Source of the DNA: Tubiluchus corallicola
Lineage: Eukaryota; Animalia; Priapulida
Length of the DNA stretch: 64,000 bases
Assembly (NCBI GenBank): GCA_030141605.1
Contig: JAQGDQ010000540.1
Coordinates: 62,001-126,000 of the forward strand
Reading direction: 5' to 3'
Position 1 is the stretch's first letter; each line of letters starts with the position of its first letter. The notes under the pieces are model-generated. The model saw only the letters and a program-made list of their open reading frames with translations, made no database searches and was not told the DNA's origin. This document shows positions 1 to 14,200 of the stretch, piece after piece. The translations under genes and the position numbers were made by a program.

Positions 1-189
1 CAAAGAGGTCGAAACGTACTGAATATTTTTATTTATTTATCAATTTATTTCAGCTTAAAGTCATACACAAGTATATACACACATGCAATACATATTACAT
101 AAATCTAAACTATGGCATACAATGTAACCGTGATCAATGTACAAAAATCACATCAAATTAGTGAACTGTGACTGTGTCAAAAACTGTGG

Positions 190-1012
190 TAAGATTCTGC
201 TTCTGTAACATGAGGCGCTTTAAATGACAGCTTTTGTTTTGTATTTACAAATAAAAATTCTTTTCAAAATAATTAATAACACTGTATTAGGTTAACTATA
301 AGTATGGTTGTATTTGTCTCATCGAGACCTTTCATTTGATGAACTACAACTTATGCTATTGCTCAACATAAGAAGCCATTCGTATTTCTGGCTCGCAAAT
401 TCATTTTTTTGTCCTCTAGTGGGGTTAGTGCTTGACCAGTCTAGGCTTAGGTCATAGCATTCAATTCGTCTCATCGAGACCTTTCATTTGATGTATTATA
501 AGGTATTAAACCCGGAACTTCCATTTTACCAGTGACCTCGGGGTCAAAAATCAACAAATGCGGGCATGACTTATACCACTCAGTTAATCTCACTGATACT
601 TTTCATTTGATATACTACAACTTGACACTAAAGCATTTGTCCCCAGACCTTCAGATTTTGGTTTTAGACCCCTAGCGGAAAATTTTCACATACGCAAATG
701 GCCCATATTCAGTCGCGCATAGGATCTCGACCCCACCACGTACGAAAATGCGGCCCTAGCTCAAAACTGTTAGACGAGTTCCAGCCTAACGAAAAGCCAA
801 TAAGCTCTGTTCGTTCCGTTACCTTTGACCCAGGTGTGACGGTCATGTGTCAGCATAAATCCCCCTACCTGGAGAGTGTGCCCTGTGAGTTTCATGAACC
901 TAGCCCTGCGCTTATGCGAGTTATTGAAGAAAAAAAAAGGCGTAAGTAAATAATAAAAATAAATAAAAACCGTGAGTAAGTCAAGAAGATTCTGCTATAA
1001 GCAGCGTCTTAA
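190..1012. repeat. Interspersed repeat, possibly a Helentron-associated (HINE/DINE-like) non-autonomous element
   Basis: Motif tcatcgagacctttcatttgatg recurs at ~320 and ~470, degenerate at ~595; aagattctgct near both ends; (taaa)-rich tract and hairpin ctgctataagcag at the right end. Boundaries approximate. Confidence 0.4.
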
Positions 1013-3095
1013 TTAGTTACTAGTGTAAAAAATTATATACAAAGTAAAAGTTATCGTATACGCAGAAGTTGTATAATTGGACCTGATAAAAGCACCTGCG
1101 GCAGTGCAACACGAACTTTGATCTGTCTCGTACGTCAGACAGATTCATAAAACCCTAATAATGAAATTATTACTCCTATCATTGATTGTAGACCCGATAC
1201 CATAAGAAGCTTTTCTTCTTATAACGGCGAAATGTGGTATACGGTTCATTTCACATATAAATGATGCTCTAGTACCACATTCATAATTACAAATTTTTCT
1301 TACAGCAGTATTATACGCAGATCTAAGTTTACAAATCTTTTACAGATTAAATTTAACCCATAAACTAGAACACTAGAACTGAATACAATATGTGCAAAAC
1401 CGTCACCAAATATCTTAATAATACAATAAATGGCACTTTAATTATGTTTAAATTATAGCGTTCCTGTTACTTGTTTCTCATCAAACAAGACTGTAAATTT
1501 GCAATTTCGAAAATATGGTACCCAGACCTACAAGTACGGGATGCGCTTTTTTGCTATCTGATACAAACTTTTCCGTTAGTTGTAAGCCTTATTGTTCAAG
1601 TAAGAGGAAACTCAGAAATGAACTAAATTTACGCCACTTCTGTCTTCTTTGCCTTAAAAATGAAATTCATTATTTCGTGAGCTGACAAAAATTGACAAAA
1701 AATTATCGAAAATTGCGACAGATTCATAGAATTTAAATGCTGGGGAAAATGCAGCTCCTTTTCGAGTCTAACTGTAACACGTAGATTAACAGTAAGCCAG
1801 TAAATCTGTAACGCTAGAAAGCCAATGTTTACTGTCTAATATTTGCCTTACTATCAATTACTTTTTGCTGAAAAGGCTATGAGTGTTTGTTTTGTCAAAG
1901 TTCGAAAACAATAAAATGATACGTAAAGTTTCAGTTTAATCTCTGCTATTATTGTAAACCGCCCAAGGACAGATTTTGGTAGTGTAGACCTATGATACTC
2001 GGTGGCTACACTATATCTACAGTACGATACTGGCCACTCACAAGATAATTAGGTAATTAAAATTAAAAATAAAATACTGTCTTCAACAATTCTAAGATTT
2101 CGTCAAGAGCAATGTCCAAGCAAGGATTATGGAAAAATTGCCAATGAAATCATTAGTTATTTTTCATATTCCTACTACATGCAGTTATCAACTAACTAGA
2201 ACTTCTTTGATGTTCTATTCTACTTTAATTATATAATTACCTATTTCAAATGCTCATTCTCGCTGAGCATAATGTTTTAAAAAGAAATAAAGATGTGAGG
2301 TAATGCCATCCGCGCCACTATATTGATGGTGATGATGATGATCATGATGACAGCGATGCTGTGAACTACTACTAGTGGGCCCCGATTAATTAAAGTTTAC
2401 TAAAACACTAGTCACTCACTCACTCGCTCACTTACCCACTCACTCATTCATTCATTCGTTTAAGTATTTTTCATGCGTACGTTATTCACTAATTTGTTTG
2501 CCAGTTTTTTCATTCATTCGCTAACTTTTTTATTTATTCACCTGGCTGTCATTCAAACGATGTATATTTATTTTAACGCAGATCGACTTGTTTTAACACC
2601 AATAAAACGTTTGTTTATTTTAAAATAAAGCGACATTATCCTTTGTTATTATTTTTGTTATATTTCTTTGCAAGTTTTCGTAGGTCTTTAATAGTGCATG
2701 ACACATAGTATTTCTCAGTTTTTGGTGTAAATTTTAACTTTTATATAGCGTTTTTCATGTGCTGAAATAAACTTTAAATTAAATTAAAAATGAACCGGTG
2801 TCAAAAAGTTAATGACTTCCTTTGATTTGCTCTGAGCATTCAGATTAAATTTTCCGATATTTTATAAATTTTAATCCTGATGTGAACTCGTAAAGCGTTA
2901 CGTAAACACTCCTATCAGGTGAATAGCTGAACGCCCGACACACCTGCGTGCGCTTTTATTGACTGATGTGTGTACAATGGTTCCGCGTCAGTAGTGCTGC
3001 TGCGTCCATTTTTTCCCATGGAACGACTTATTCCGCGAAGGTTTGCTTACCAGGATCTAGACGAGCAAACCAAGTCGACTTCAAAACATAACAAA

Positions 3096-6000
3096 ATGGA
3101 GAAAAAGGTCGAATCAGTGTCTACTTTAAGTTCTGGACTGGTACGTAATGATAACATTGTAATATTATTGTTTATTTACTTCCGGGTTTATACATATTAA
3201 GTCAGTTCGTATTGTTTACAAAAGTCACAGTAACGTTTGCTGAATTGAATCATTTTTCAGAATAACGACAGTTAGCAAACATAGCACCCTGATTTTAGAA
3301 TTGTCTCCAATTATATCATTATAGAAATTTTAATATAGATTAATAGGAGACGTTTAAAATATCCATTATTAGTATGCGCTTTAGTCAATGTTTATACGCA
3401 ACATTGCTGAAAAGCAGTTTACAAAAATCTAGCTTCGATATTAACAGAGAAGGGTTATATTAAAAAATAATTTTTCCACGGGGTAATAAAATTTTTTTTG
3501 GAAAGTTATGTACAACATTAACCTAAGTGAATGGCGTGAAACTGCGTGTACCGTATACATTTCTCACAAGTCAACGAACTAATAATTAATGCACCTGTAC
3601 ATGTTTTCTTGTCTGATGCGATAAAAGAAAATGAACAAATGGACGAATGAACAAATAAAGAAATTAATAATCATAAAGAAGCAGAAGTTAAAAGGGCAAA
3701 AATGTATGAATGGGTGGCTTATAACAAAAATATAAGCGAGCTTTTTCTCTTCTTATTAATAGCCTTCGAAAGTTTATAATTATTTAAGAAAATTTTGGCA
3801 CTATTATTGGACTATATTGTACCGCTGATCTTATCAGGGGGAGTATCAAGACTTTGCGACCCCCTTGGCTGATAGTTTTGTCCCGCCCATCCCTATTGTG
3901 AACTTATTATTGTGCATGTAATGAGCAGATCAAACAATTACTTGTGGTGTATTAGATACACTATTAACCTAGTTTGTACGTTCCACGTAGTCATGATTAA
4001 TTACATGTGCTTATTTGCATAGCGCTTATATTCAAACAAGCTGCACAACTGCTTGTTGTGTAATACCTTGCCCCTATATGTGGCACTTATACAGAAGCTG
4101 CCCTCAGTAATTGCCTGTGGTGTGTTCTAAAATGCGCCCTTTGCATGGATATGAAAGTATACGCATTTTCCGAGGAGAATAGGATTTTTTTCTAAAATTT
4201 GACGCCTCTCAAACTTTGGCGCCCTAGGCTATAGCCTAATTAACCCATTGGTTAATACGCCCCTGGGATCTTATTATATACAAAAGGTTTAAACTTTATC
4301 AGCAGATAAACAAACAAACAAACAAGCAAAAAACCAAGCAAACAAACCGAACTAGTATTCGTCCTTTAACGATTTTACCTTAGCCTATGACATGTATTGT
4401 AAGACAGGTGGGATTAACAGGTGACAGATGTAGTTTTATGCTGTCTAACCAAAGGCGCATGCGCTTATTTTAACGATTTTTTCCACCTGCTTGTCGCCAT
4501 GACACCTATATAGCCTCTGGACAGGTAATTTAATTCTTAGGTGGGGTTACTACATTCTTGATTTCATTATGAGTTCAAGTAGCCAAGTTAGGTTGCGCCC
4601 TAACAAATGTTGGCTGTATTATACATGATAATCATTGAAATTTTAGCTCATGAATTCCATTAAATATTGTGAAGAACGAAACTAATTCTTGTAGTATTCT
4701 TAACAAAATTTTATGGCAATCGTAAGGTCACAAAATCACTCTATCTAAATTGTATATATACAACAAGTCGGTTTACACCTCCGGTGTAAGTATGAGGTTC
4801 ATATTTATTTTTTTTTGACAAAACAATTAAAAACCATTTTGTAATGTCATTACCATTTCATTTTTCAGGGTCACTATCTTAAACAAGCGCACACAACATA
4901 TTTTTTGTGGAATATGTCCTAAACCCTACGATTATAATAACCATTTTCCTGGAACATCGGAAAACCAAGCCTTTCTATGTCAGGAAATTATTTATTAGTT
5001 GCATGTTGCACATTACCATCCACGACTTAAGGTTATACAAAAAAATTAAACCGATTTTTTAAAAAAATAACTTTTTCTGTTTGTGTTTGCAACAAGAGCA
5101 CCAACAGTGCGACTATGTGACGCGATAATAACATTGTGCTGCCTGCAGTCACATGACCTTGAGACCCTGGGAGCTTTGATAGTGTTCGACGGCAAAGTCG
5201 GATGCTGTTGACCTAAAAAATTAATAATAGCTTCATAGTCAAGAAGCTACCATAATTTAGCAAAGAAGTCAGGTCACAACTAAAATGACTTAACTTAGAT
5301 TAGCCTAATTTACTTTTCGTTCCTTAAATTAAAAGTCCACGTTTTCATGCGATGAGCGCTGATAATGATCATAATTCGCACGTTTTATAATATCATTATT
5401 GAAAGTGTAGATGTAGTAATTACACGAATTAAGGTGTTATATATATTAAATTTTGCAAATACCCCATCAAGCTGCGCGAGCAAGGAATTCTGTTCGGAAA
5501 TTCACTCAATGTAAATGCTTTCAATAAACTGCAATAAAAATCAGCATACAAAAGATGTTGAGGACACAAAAGATTGAAACATACAAGTAAAGTCAAGCGT
5601 CTGAAACTTCTCGTGTGCAGTTCCCGAACTAAGGTGTTGTTTGTACAGTTTGAATTTTGCAGTTCTGTTGAATTTAACATAATCTGTAATTTATTGTTGC
5701 ATAAATTTTATTAAGTTGCTAAAAAACTTATACTGTGAATTTGGTAGCTGTGAAATGTGGAGACACAATCGAGTGTCATGGCAACTGCCCCATGCATCTG
5801 AGTCAGAGGTAAACTTGACAAATTTTAGGTGCGTCTTCAAACCCTCAAACATAGAAAATGGTTCATCGTCGAAGCAGCATTAAATACGCAAGTGTAACAA
5901 AGAAAACTATTTTCAAAATTAATTATGTTTTACAAAGTTAAACTGAAAAAGTTTGTTCAACACCTAAAGAAAAAGGCGTAAGGTGCATAACGCTTAATGC

Positions 6001-8254
6001 GAGAATTTTCTCAAAGTTGCTTGACGCTTAACATAGCTTCAAAGTTTGTAAACACTTTGTAGATAACACTTATTATTTCGGTTTAACAAAAAAGGCATTA
6101 AATTACGTATATTGATTAAATGCATATCGCCTACTGCAAATTTCGATGCTGAATAAGTTGAATAACCCTTGCTCTTAAAGTTAGGAAAAAATTAAAATAG
6201 CAAGTTCCGAGGCCAGCGTCGTTCTGGCCGAATCCGGGTAAAGTCCGATCAACTGAAAGTCCCAGTCCATAAATTTCTCCCTATAAGCAGTGATGTCTGG
6301 AAAATAAATGCGATTATTGGCCCAAAAATCTGTAGCGATAACTCGGCAGCAAACTTGTCTTGTGTTTGTGGAAAAGGTGCTGTGATAGTAAAAACATTTC
6401 TCCGTTTTGTTCTGCATCAACATGCCATTATATGTCACTGGTTTTACACCTTATATGCAATGCTGATATGCGATGGCTTCATCGTGGATTGAACCATTAC
6501 AATGGTTCGGGGTGTATGAAAATAAATGGCATTTCGACGTCGCAACAATATATTTACTGAAAAAATCAGGGACTGCATTTCATTTTAAAGGCAAAAAATG
6601 TATATAATTAGATTTTTCTCGAAATAGGTCGGTAACAGCGTAGAATTTCAAAGGACGCTTTGTGGCACACATCTTTGACGTCTGACTGCAAAAACCGATC
6701 TTCAAGAACATCTGTCTCTAAAATTTAATTGCATTAATCTACACGGTTTTCAAAATATATTGCACATTTTTGTAATATTTCACAGAATCCTGCCAATGAC
6801 ACAGGAAATTCCTTGGCGGATAGTCGTCAACCATTGGAGGAAAGTGGGGACGAAAACAAGGAAAGGGGAAATTGGAGCAGTCAAGTAGACTTCTTGCTCT
6901 CCTGCCTGGGCTATGCGGTGGGTCTTGGTAATGTGTGGAGATTTCCCTACATATGTGGACAAAATGGAGGCGGTGAGACTGCATAATTATAGTTTTATAG
7001 TTTATTGATTAAGAAGTAAACGTGTGAGTCAGTAATTCAAACAAAGCACAAAGCGTTAATTTTTCAAAACAGCAAAATGATCGGTAAACACCTAAACACA
7101 AGAATGAGACGTTTCTTAGTTATGCATTAATTATGCTGCATTTCAGACAATAAAGTACAGAAGCGCATTGAAATTCTTTCTTAGACCTCTTTCTTACATA
7201 ACCCATGCTAAAGCAAGTTTTTTTTTGAAATCACTAAATAAAGCTGTATTATCATGTTAACGATTTTATAAAAAAAATAAGATTAGTAATTGCAACAGAG
7301 CAATAATTGCAGAAAACTCAAAATGATTGATTTTACCTGCCACGAAGAAAGTAGGCCTACCACCCACAAAAACCATGTTAAGTGGCATTTACCTAGCATC
7401 TGGAATGCTTATGCGTTATGCGGAATAGATAAAATTGTGTTATATTGTTTTCAGTGCACCCGTTATTATACTTGCGTTATTTTTTCTGCAGCTATTTCCT
7501 ATTGATTTGTCCGCAGTGGATAACGCATACGCATTCCAATGCTAGGTAAACGTCACTTTACCTGTCCTGGCTCCACTCATTGTACGTACGGCCAGCTAAT
7601 TACAGGTTTTATTTCTGTAAGCATAATAAAGATTTCGTTGCAGGTGCCTTTTTCATACCATACATTATTATGCTTGCGTTTGTTGGTATGCCTGTATTCT
7701 ATATGGAATTATCTATGGGACAGTTCAGTAGTGAAGGACCGCTTACAGTGTGGAAAATATCGCCTCTATTCTCAGGTTAATTCTAATTAAATTAATTAGC
7801 ATAACACGCATAGGTATTTCTTCTTTTGTTCATCTCTTTCTGGTTTTTCTTCCTTTATTCTCACCTCTTTTATTTTTTCCCTTATTAGTTCCGTTTAGAT
7901 TTCTTTTTTCTTCTCGCGTTTTTATATCTCTTTCTCTTTCGTCCTTTTGCTTTGTCTTTTTTCTTTCTTTCTTTCCTTAGCTTTCTTTAACTTGTTTTTG
8001 AAGTTAATAATTTGAAAATCATAAACAAAATCTAACGCCACATATTCTACTGGAGTGACACTAAGTACTGAAGTTTTTAAAAATAAAACAACACTGTTAA
8101 TACGGAATTAAATTTGAAATTGTTGTAAATTTGTTATCATTTTTCCGTTGTTGTTTTCAGTATCGCTACTACTGTTACTTACATGAAAAGAAAATAATTT
8201 TTGGTAGTAACAAGTTTGGAATTAAACTTTGACGCGACCCTGCTTTATACGCGC

Positions 8255-8291
<37 letters not shown>

Positions 8292-11200
8292 CGTGCGTGA
8301 GTGAGTGAGTGAGTGATATAATCTATACTGAGCGGTTAACAGTTATAACTTGGAAGATCTGTTGTCAGAACTACTTCTGCTACTCGGACACTTTGCTGTT
8401 CCAATGCAACGCTGATCCATCTATAATCACACATATAGCAGCATTTATGCATTGTACGTTACAAAAAAATATTATTTTATTGAAAAAAATTGTGTATTTT
8501 TATTTTTCTAGGAATTGGTTATGGAATGATAGCGTCTTCATTTTTTGTAGCTATTTACTACAACGTTATTATTGCATGGACACTTTACTATCTGTTTGCG
8601 AGTTTCCAAAGTGTTTTGCCGTGGACTGGATGTGACAATTATTGGAATACTGACGGTATTTTTAAAATAGAAAATCTTTTAAATTAATTCAAACGGAAGA
8701 AATTCCAAAATTTAGTAGGGGAAAGATGAGCAAATAACAGAAGTAAGACAAACGGAATTGATAAATATATGTTGCAAAAGAACAAGCGTGTGAGGTTCAT
8801 AATGAATGATCAATTAAATTTATTTGTGTGAGAAACAAAACATTTGTTTTATTTTCAGACTGTTACGATATTGAGAAAGTGAAAGAATGTAACGACCAAG
8901 GGTTTTTGTACTACAGAAAAGTGTGTTACAATGATACCGCTGCTCACCTATTTGGGGTGACAACTGAAACGGTCAAGAATGCAAACAGGTCTACACCAAG
9001 CGAGGAGTACTTCAAGTAAGGCTGGCTATTTTCTACTACATAAATGCGACACTGAAACATTACATTTTATAAACTACATATGGTTATTAAACTTAAACTA
9101 AACCCTCACTATAAGATTATAGCTTTTACAACCTATTATTGTATTCTCATTACGAATATTCAATTTATTTTATTATAAACTTAATGTAAAACTTGTAACC
9201 TTTGATTTTTATCACTTCGTTGTTGACCGTATTAAATTTGAAGAACCGCCGTTTTTCGTTGCGCGAGAAGCAGTCACGAGGTCACCAAAGATTGGTAAAC
9301 AAACATCAGTAACCAAAGACGCTTTCTGTACTACGTACGTCATTCTCGCTCACTCGCGCCAAAGACCCGAAACATGGCGACCTTTACGGCAATGCATGCG
9401 TTCATAATTTGCCAGAAAACGGTAAGTTACTTAATTTATAAGTTGCTTTTGTGCGAAACATAACTATGAATTGTTTGTGTGATCATAATAATGCGTTAAA
9501 AAACTTAAATGTCTGTTGAGGCTATGTATGCCTTTAAGCATACCATTATGCTTTACTCAGTATATTACTCAACAAATTGTCGTACATTTAACAATCTTTG
9601 CAGTTATCGAGTTATGAAAATTGACAAAGAGAACCCGGGTCTTGCTGGAATGGGTGCAGTGGACTGGGAAATAGTTTTATGTTTGCTGCTGGCTTGGATT
9701 CTTGTATGCGGATGCCTGTGTAAAGGAATCAAGTCATCTGGAAAGGTAAATAAGAAAACTGCCTATTCTAGAATTATATGTCCAGCCTGTGCACTTAAAT
9801 TGTGTTACTTGTTGATTGACGAACGGACCAACAGACAAATCATTTCTCTTCAACGTGAATTTTTCTTAATTCTGTTTTGCAACGTAAATGAGTAGGTTAC
9901 ACCTAGAAAGTGATGTATCATTTATTGAGCGACTCATCGAGTGACTGACCAATTGACAGCCTGGCAGCTCTCATTGAAACTGAACAATTCTGTTTTGAAT
10001 ACATTATTCCTAGTGAATGATATGTCATTTATTGATTGACTAAGCAACTGAGCAAGAGACTAATAGGCAGTTCATCTTAAACCCCAGTAATATCTTTTGC
10101 AGGTTGCAAAAATATGTTACTTCTAGGTAATGTGTCACTTACTGACGGACTCACTAACTAATTGATCAACAGACTGCAAGTCAGCTGTTCTTAAAGTTCA
10201 CAAAGTACATTTTGCAGCTTGTATGGATACATTACTCCTGGAAAGTGATATGTGACTTATTGATTCGCACACCAGTTGACTGACAAACTGACTGACATCC
10301 AAATTTTGTTAAACTAAAGAATTTTATTCTTCAGGTTGTGTATTTTACTGCAACATTTCCATACGTTGTCTTGTTAGTTCTATTAATTCTTGGAAGCATT
10401 CAAGATGGAGCAGTAAAGGGCATCCAATTTTACATTGTACCAAAATTTTCAAAGCTAAGAGACCCCAGAGTGAGTAAATGATACATTGTATAAATTTCTA
10501 GATCTAAAACTGAAGGGAAAATCGCTTGTTAACTTATGTCGCTTATCTGAACGTATGTAAAAATGACAATGTTTTGTTTATGTTTTCTTCTTTTTCTTTC
10601 TCTTCTTGTGTTCAGCCTAACAGAGAGTGATAAGTAATATCGTGATACTATAGATTAACGCAATGTGTAACAAAGATGTGCAGTGTATAATTTAAAAAAT
10701 AAAAAGGAAATAAAAATGTCTCTAAATAAACAATAAAATCAATGCTGTAATGTAAAGCTTTACCGCTAAATGCATTTATTTTCATATTTGTACACAACAT
10801 TTCGGCAGCAGCTTCTGCCATTGACAACTGCCTAAAAATTTAAAAAGTTCACTATCAGCAACAGTAACCTAAATTATTAATGCATGTAATAGCTTAAATT
10901 ATTGTTCATTGAATGCTGATGTAACAAATTTGACATCAGTGCCTTTGTTCTGCATTCATTAACAGGTAGTTCCTCCAGTGTCCAAATAGAAATAAGAGTA
11001 ATTTTATAACAATAGGAGGAAGGGGGCAGATTTTTGAGAAACAGTTAGTGTGACTTATCCTCCTCATTTCTTGAAATTTACGTTGTTTGTTGAAGTGTTC
11101 GAAAATTTTAAATTGTAATATCTAACAAATCTTGTTACTTTAAATTAAATTTTAATTTTTGCTAGAAAATTTTAAGATGGGACCAATATTGTGCATGGAA

Positions 11201-14200
11201 AAGTACTTACACTTCAACTGACACGAAATAAGTCAAGGACTTTAAAAAAGTCAAATGTTTAATGTGTAATGTTTACAATAAAATAATATTTATCGGGAAT
11301 TTGGCACTTATTGTCATTGTGTCACCAGGAGAGGTAGAGTGCAAAGGTAGACGTAAGCAGGAATGTTGATTTATGTTAACATAGGCCTACTATTAGAGGT
11401 TCATTAATTCGAGGGATTTAGGCCGGGACATTCGTGTAAATCAGCTTTTGCACAATTTTGAGTTTAGATCGTACTGCGACCAAACTTACTAATAATAACT
11501 TTCTGGTTCATTTTAGGTATGGACCGACGCTGCTGGACAAATCTTCTTCTCTCTTTCCTGCGGTGGTGGAGGCTTGGTTACGCTTGCTAGTTACAACAGA
11601 TTCAGGAACAATTGTTATAGGTACTCGGCGTCTTCTTCAACCTTTCTATTCTAGAGACAACATAATACGTCTCTTTGATTTATAGTTTTTTAAACGTTGG
11701 CGTATTTAAAGTCTAGAGATTTTTTTCATTACGTGTGTTCTTTCTCCTTTTCACAGGGATACTATGATAGTTACTATAGGTAACTGTGCAACAAGTGTGT
11801 TTGCCGGTTTTGTGATATTTTCTATTATTGGTTTCATGGCTCATCAAAGAGGGATCCCTGTTCAAGAAATAGCAGGCGGAGGTATTTTTACTTGTTTGCT
11901 CGAGTCGAGTATAACTTTCTGACTTACCTACTTGCCTTCTAGCTTCTTAGCAGTATCTGCCAAGTACCTATCTACCTACATACTTGTCTACCTGCCTTCC
12001 TACCTACCCTGTCATGCTACTTAACTACTTAATTACCTACCTACCTAAGCACCCACCCACACACCTATCCAACCAACCAACCAACCAACCAATAACAATT
12101 GTATTTATGACAATAACCCTGAAATACTTTTGCTCTTAAACTTTGATACAGCAAAGAGAAATTAGCAATTGCATTGTTCGTTCCGTAAATAAAATTGAGT
12201 TTACTCATAATATCATTTGTATCAGTCATGTTACAATTCAGTGAACAGCCAAGACGATCAACTTTAGTGCACCAAGAAAGTGGGTGTCCGTCAAGAATTA
12301 TGCGAGACGAATCATTGTAGATACGTACTGAGCTTTTTTTAAAAACAATACATTTGCTCTCGATCTTATTACGTTGTATGTTAACAAATGTGATACTATA
12401 TTTAGAAGCATAATCCTAACACATTTTTAACAGTTCTTGCAATGCTTTAACATTGTAGACACGTACTGAGCTTTTTTTAAAAACAACGCATTTGCTGTTG
12501 ATCTTATTACGTTGTATGTTGACAAATGTGATATTATGTATATTTAGAAGCATAAGCCTCACATATTTTAACACTAGGTGCAAGCAAAGTCAAGTCATCA
12601 ACATAAGAAACAGCGCCACTATACATATTTCCTACGTAACACCCAATTTAGGAATTATCTTTTTGATCTGTTCTGTATTATTTTTCTGTTCTGCGCTTTG
12701 GTGGCTATTTTGATTATTATAGCTGCAGTGTTAGATACTTATTGATTAAGCAATATAGACCTTCTAGAACACAGCTCTATTGTTTTGTATTTTCATTTTT
12801 TGGTTATCTTTGGTACAGCCTGTTTATTTGTAGGAAAATGCAAGTAATGGCATTGACTAGATATGAGATTGCGGTTTAATTTCTAGGTACTGGTTTGGCC
12901 TTCGTGGCATACCCAGAGGCTGTTTCACTGCTTCCTGTTCCACAGCTTTGGTCCATTTTATTTTTCTTCATGCTTTTAACGCTTGGGCTGGATAGCCAGG
13001 TAAGGTTTTTCTATGCTCTGCTGTAGATAAACAGACAAACATTGTTTTTTTACAGTGTAAGCGCCGCACGAGAATTTGCGCTCAGACTTCAGACTACCCA
13101 GACCTTAGTGTGTCACACTTCATTTTTCAAGGCTAAAGAAGAAATACCGCTAATTTTAACATTTTGAAAAGAAAACATTATAACTATTTAATGTCCAATT
13201 ATTTATTTTACTGCCTGATGTGCAATTCCAAACACTGCACCTGTTGTGTTCTGTGTCCAGCATTCAGTGGCATTGTCTAATGTCTATAGATACGTGGCCA
13301 CACTGGGAAGCTTTATTATCTTGACTCTTATCGCCAGAAGATTGTTAGCCATATTCGATATGAATATAGGAATCCAGGTAAAAAACTCACAGGAGGTAAA
13401 AAAAATCACAGAAAAAGTCACAGGAAAAAAGAAATAACCGCAACCATAACCTTAACCACTAACCCTTACGCTCACCCTAACCCTCACCTTAACACCTAGC
13501 CCTCGCCCTAACCCTACCTCCACCTTAATCCCTAACTCAAAAAATTTTAACTGTGACCTTTTCCCTAGTCGAAATTGTGCTTTTTTCCACGACTTTTTTC
13601 CTGTGACTTTATTACCGTTCACCGAATATATATGTCCTTCTTTAAAGAAAAAATGAAGCCTAGACAGTTCAGCATGTAAAAATGACGTATTTTAGAAGCC
13701 ACCCATATATTTATTTGCTAGGTTCGGCACTTCTTAAGTTTACAGCCGAACACACAGCGTGGCTCTTCTCAGCCTTGTGTCGTTTTTTAGTTTGTGATGG
13801 TTGAAGTTGCAAACACAGCTGTTCTGGACTATTTCCATTCACTAAGGCCTTACAAAACGTGGACAATGGTTGTAATCAGTGTTGTAATGTTTCTTTTGGC
13901 TTTGCCAATGTGTATGAAGGTAATGTACGAAATAGTACTACAAATAAATGAATGAATGAATGAACGAATGAATGAATGAATAACCGAAGGAACAAATTGG
14001 AAACTCATCTGAAACGAAATGTGCTTTTAAATCTGTGATTGTGTATTGCATTTAAATTATAAACTTACGATCAGCACGAAAGTAAGAAAGACAAACAGTT
14101 ACGCTTGTACAAGATTTGCTTCACATAAGTCGTATTCATATTAATTCTGAAAAAAATTGTTGCTTTTAGGGAGGAATATTTCTTCACCAGCTGGTAGACC

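Noticed and set aside
698-6560. Short ORF-track entries here and similar 60-110 aa ORFs elsewhere
   Set aside because: No motifs; they lie in repeats, introns or antisense to real exons, as expected by chance.
13445-13537. True telomere or chromosome-fusion scar
   Set aside because: Short, degenerate, intronic and enclosed in a MITE-like element.
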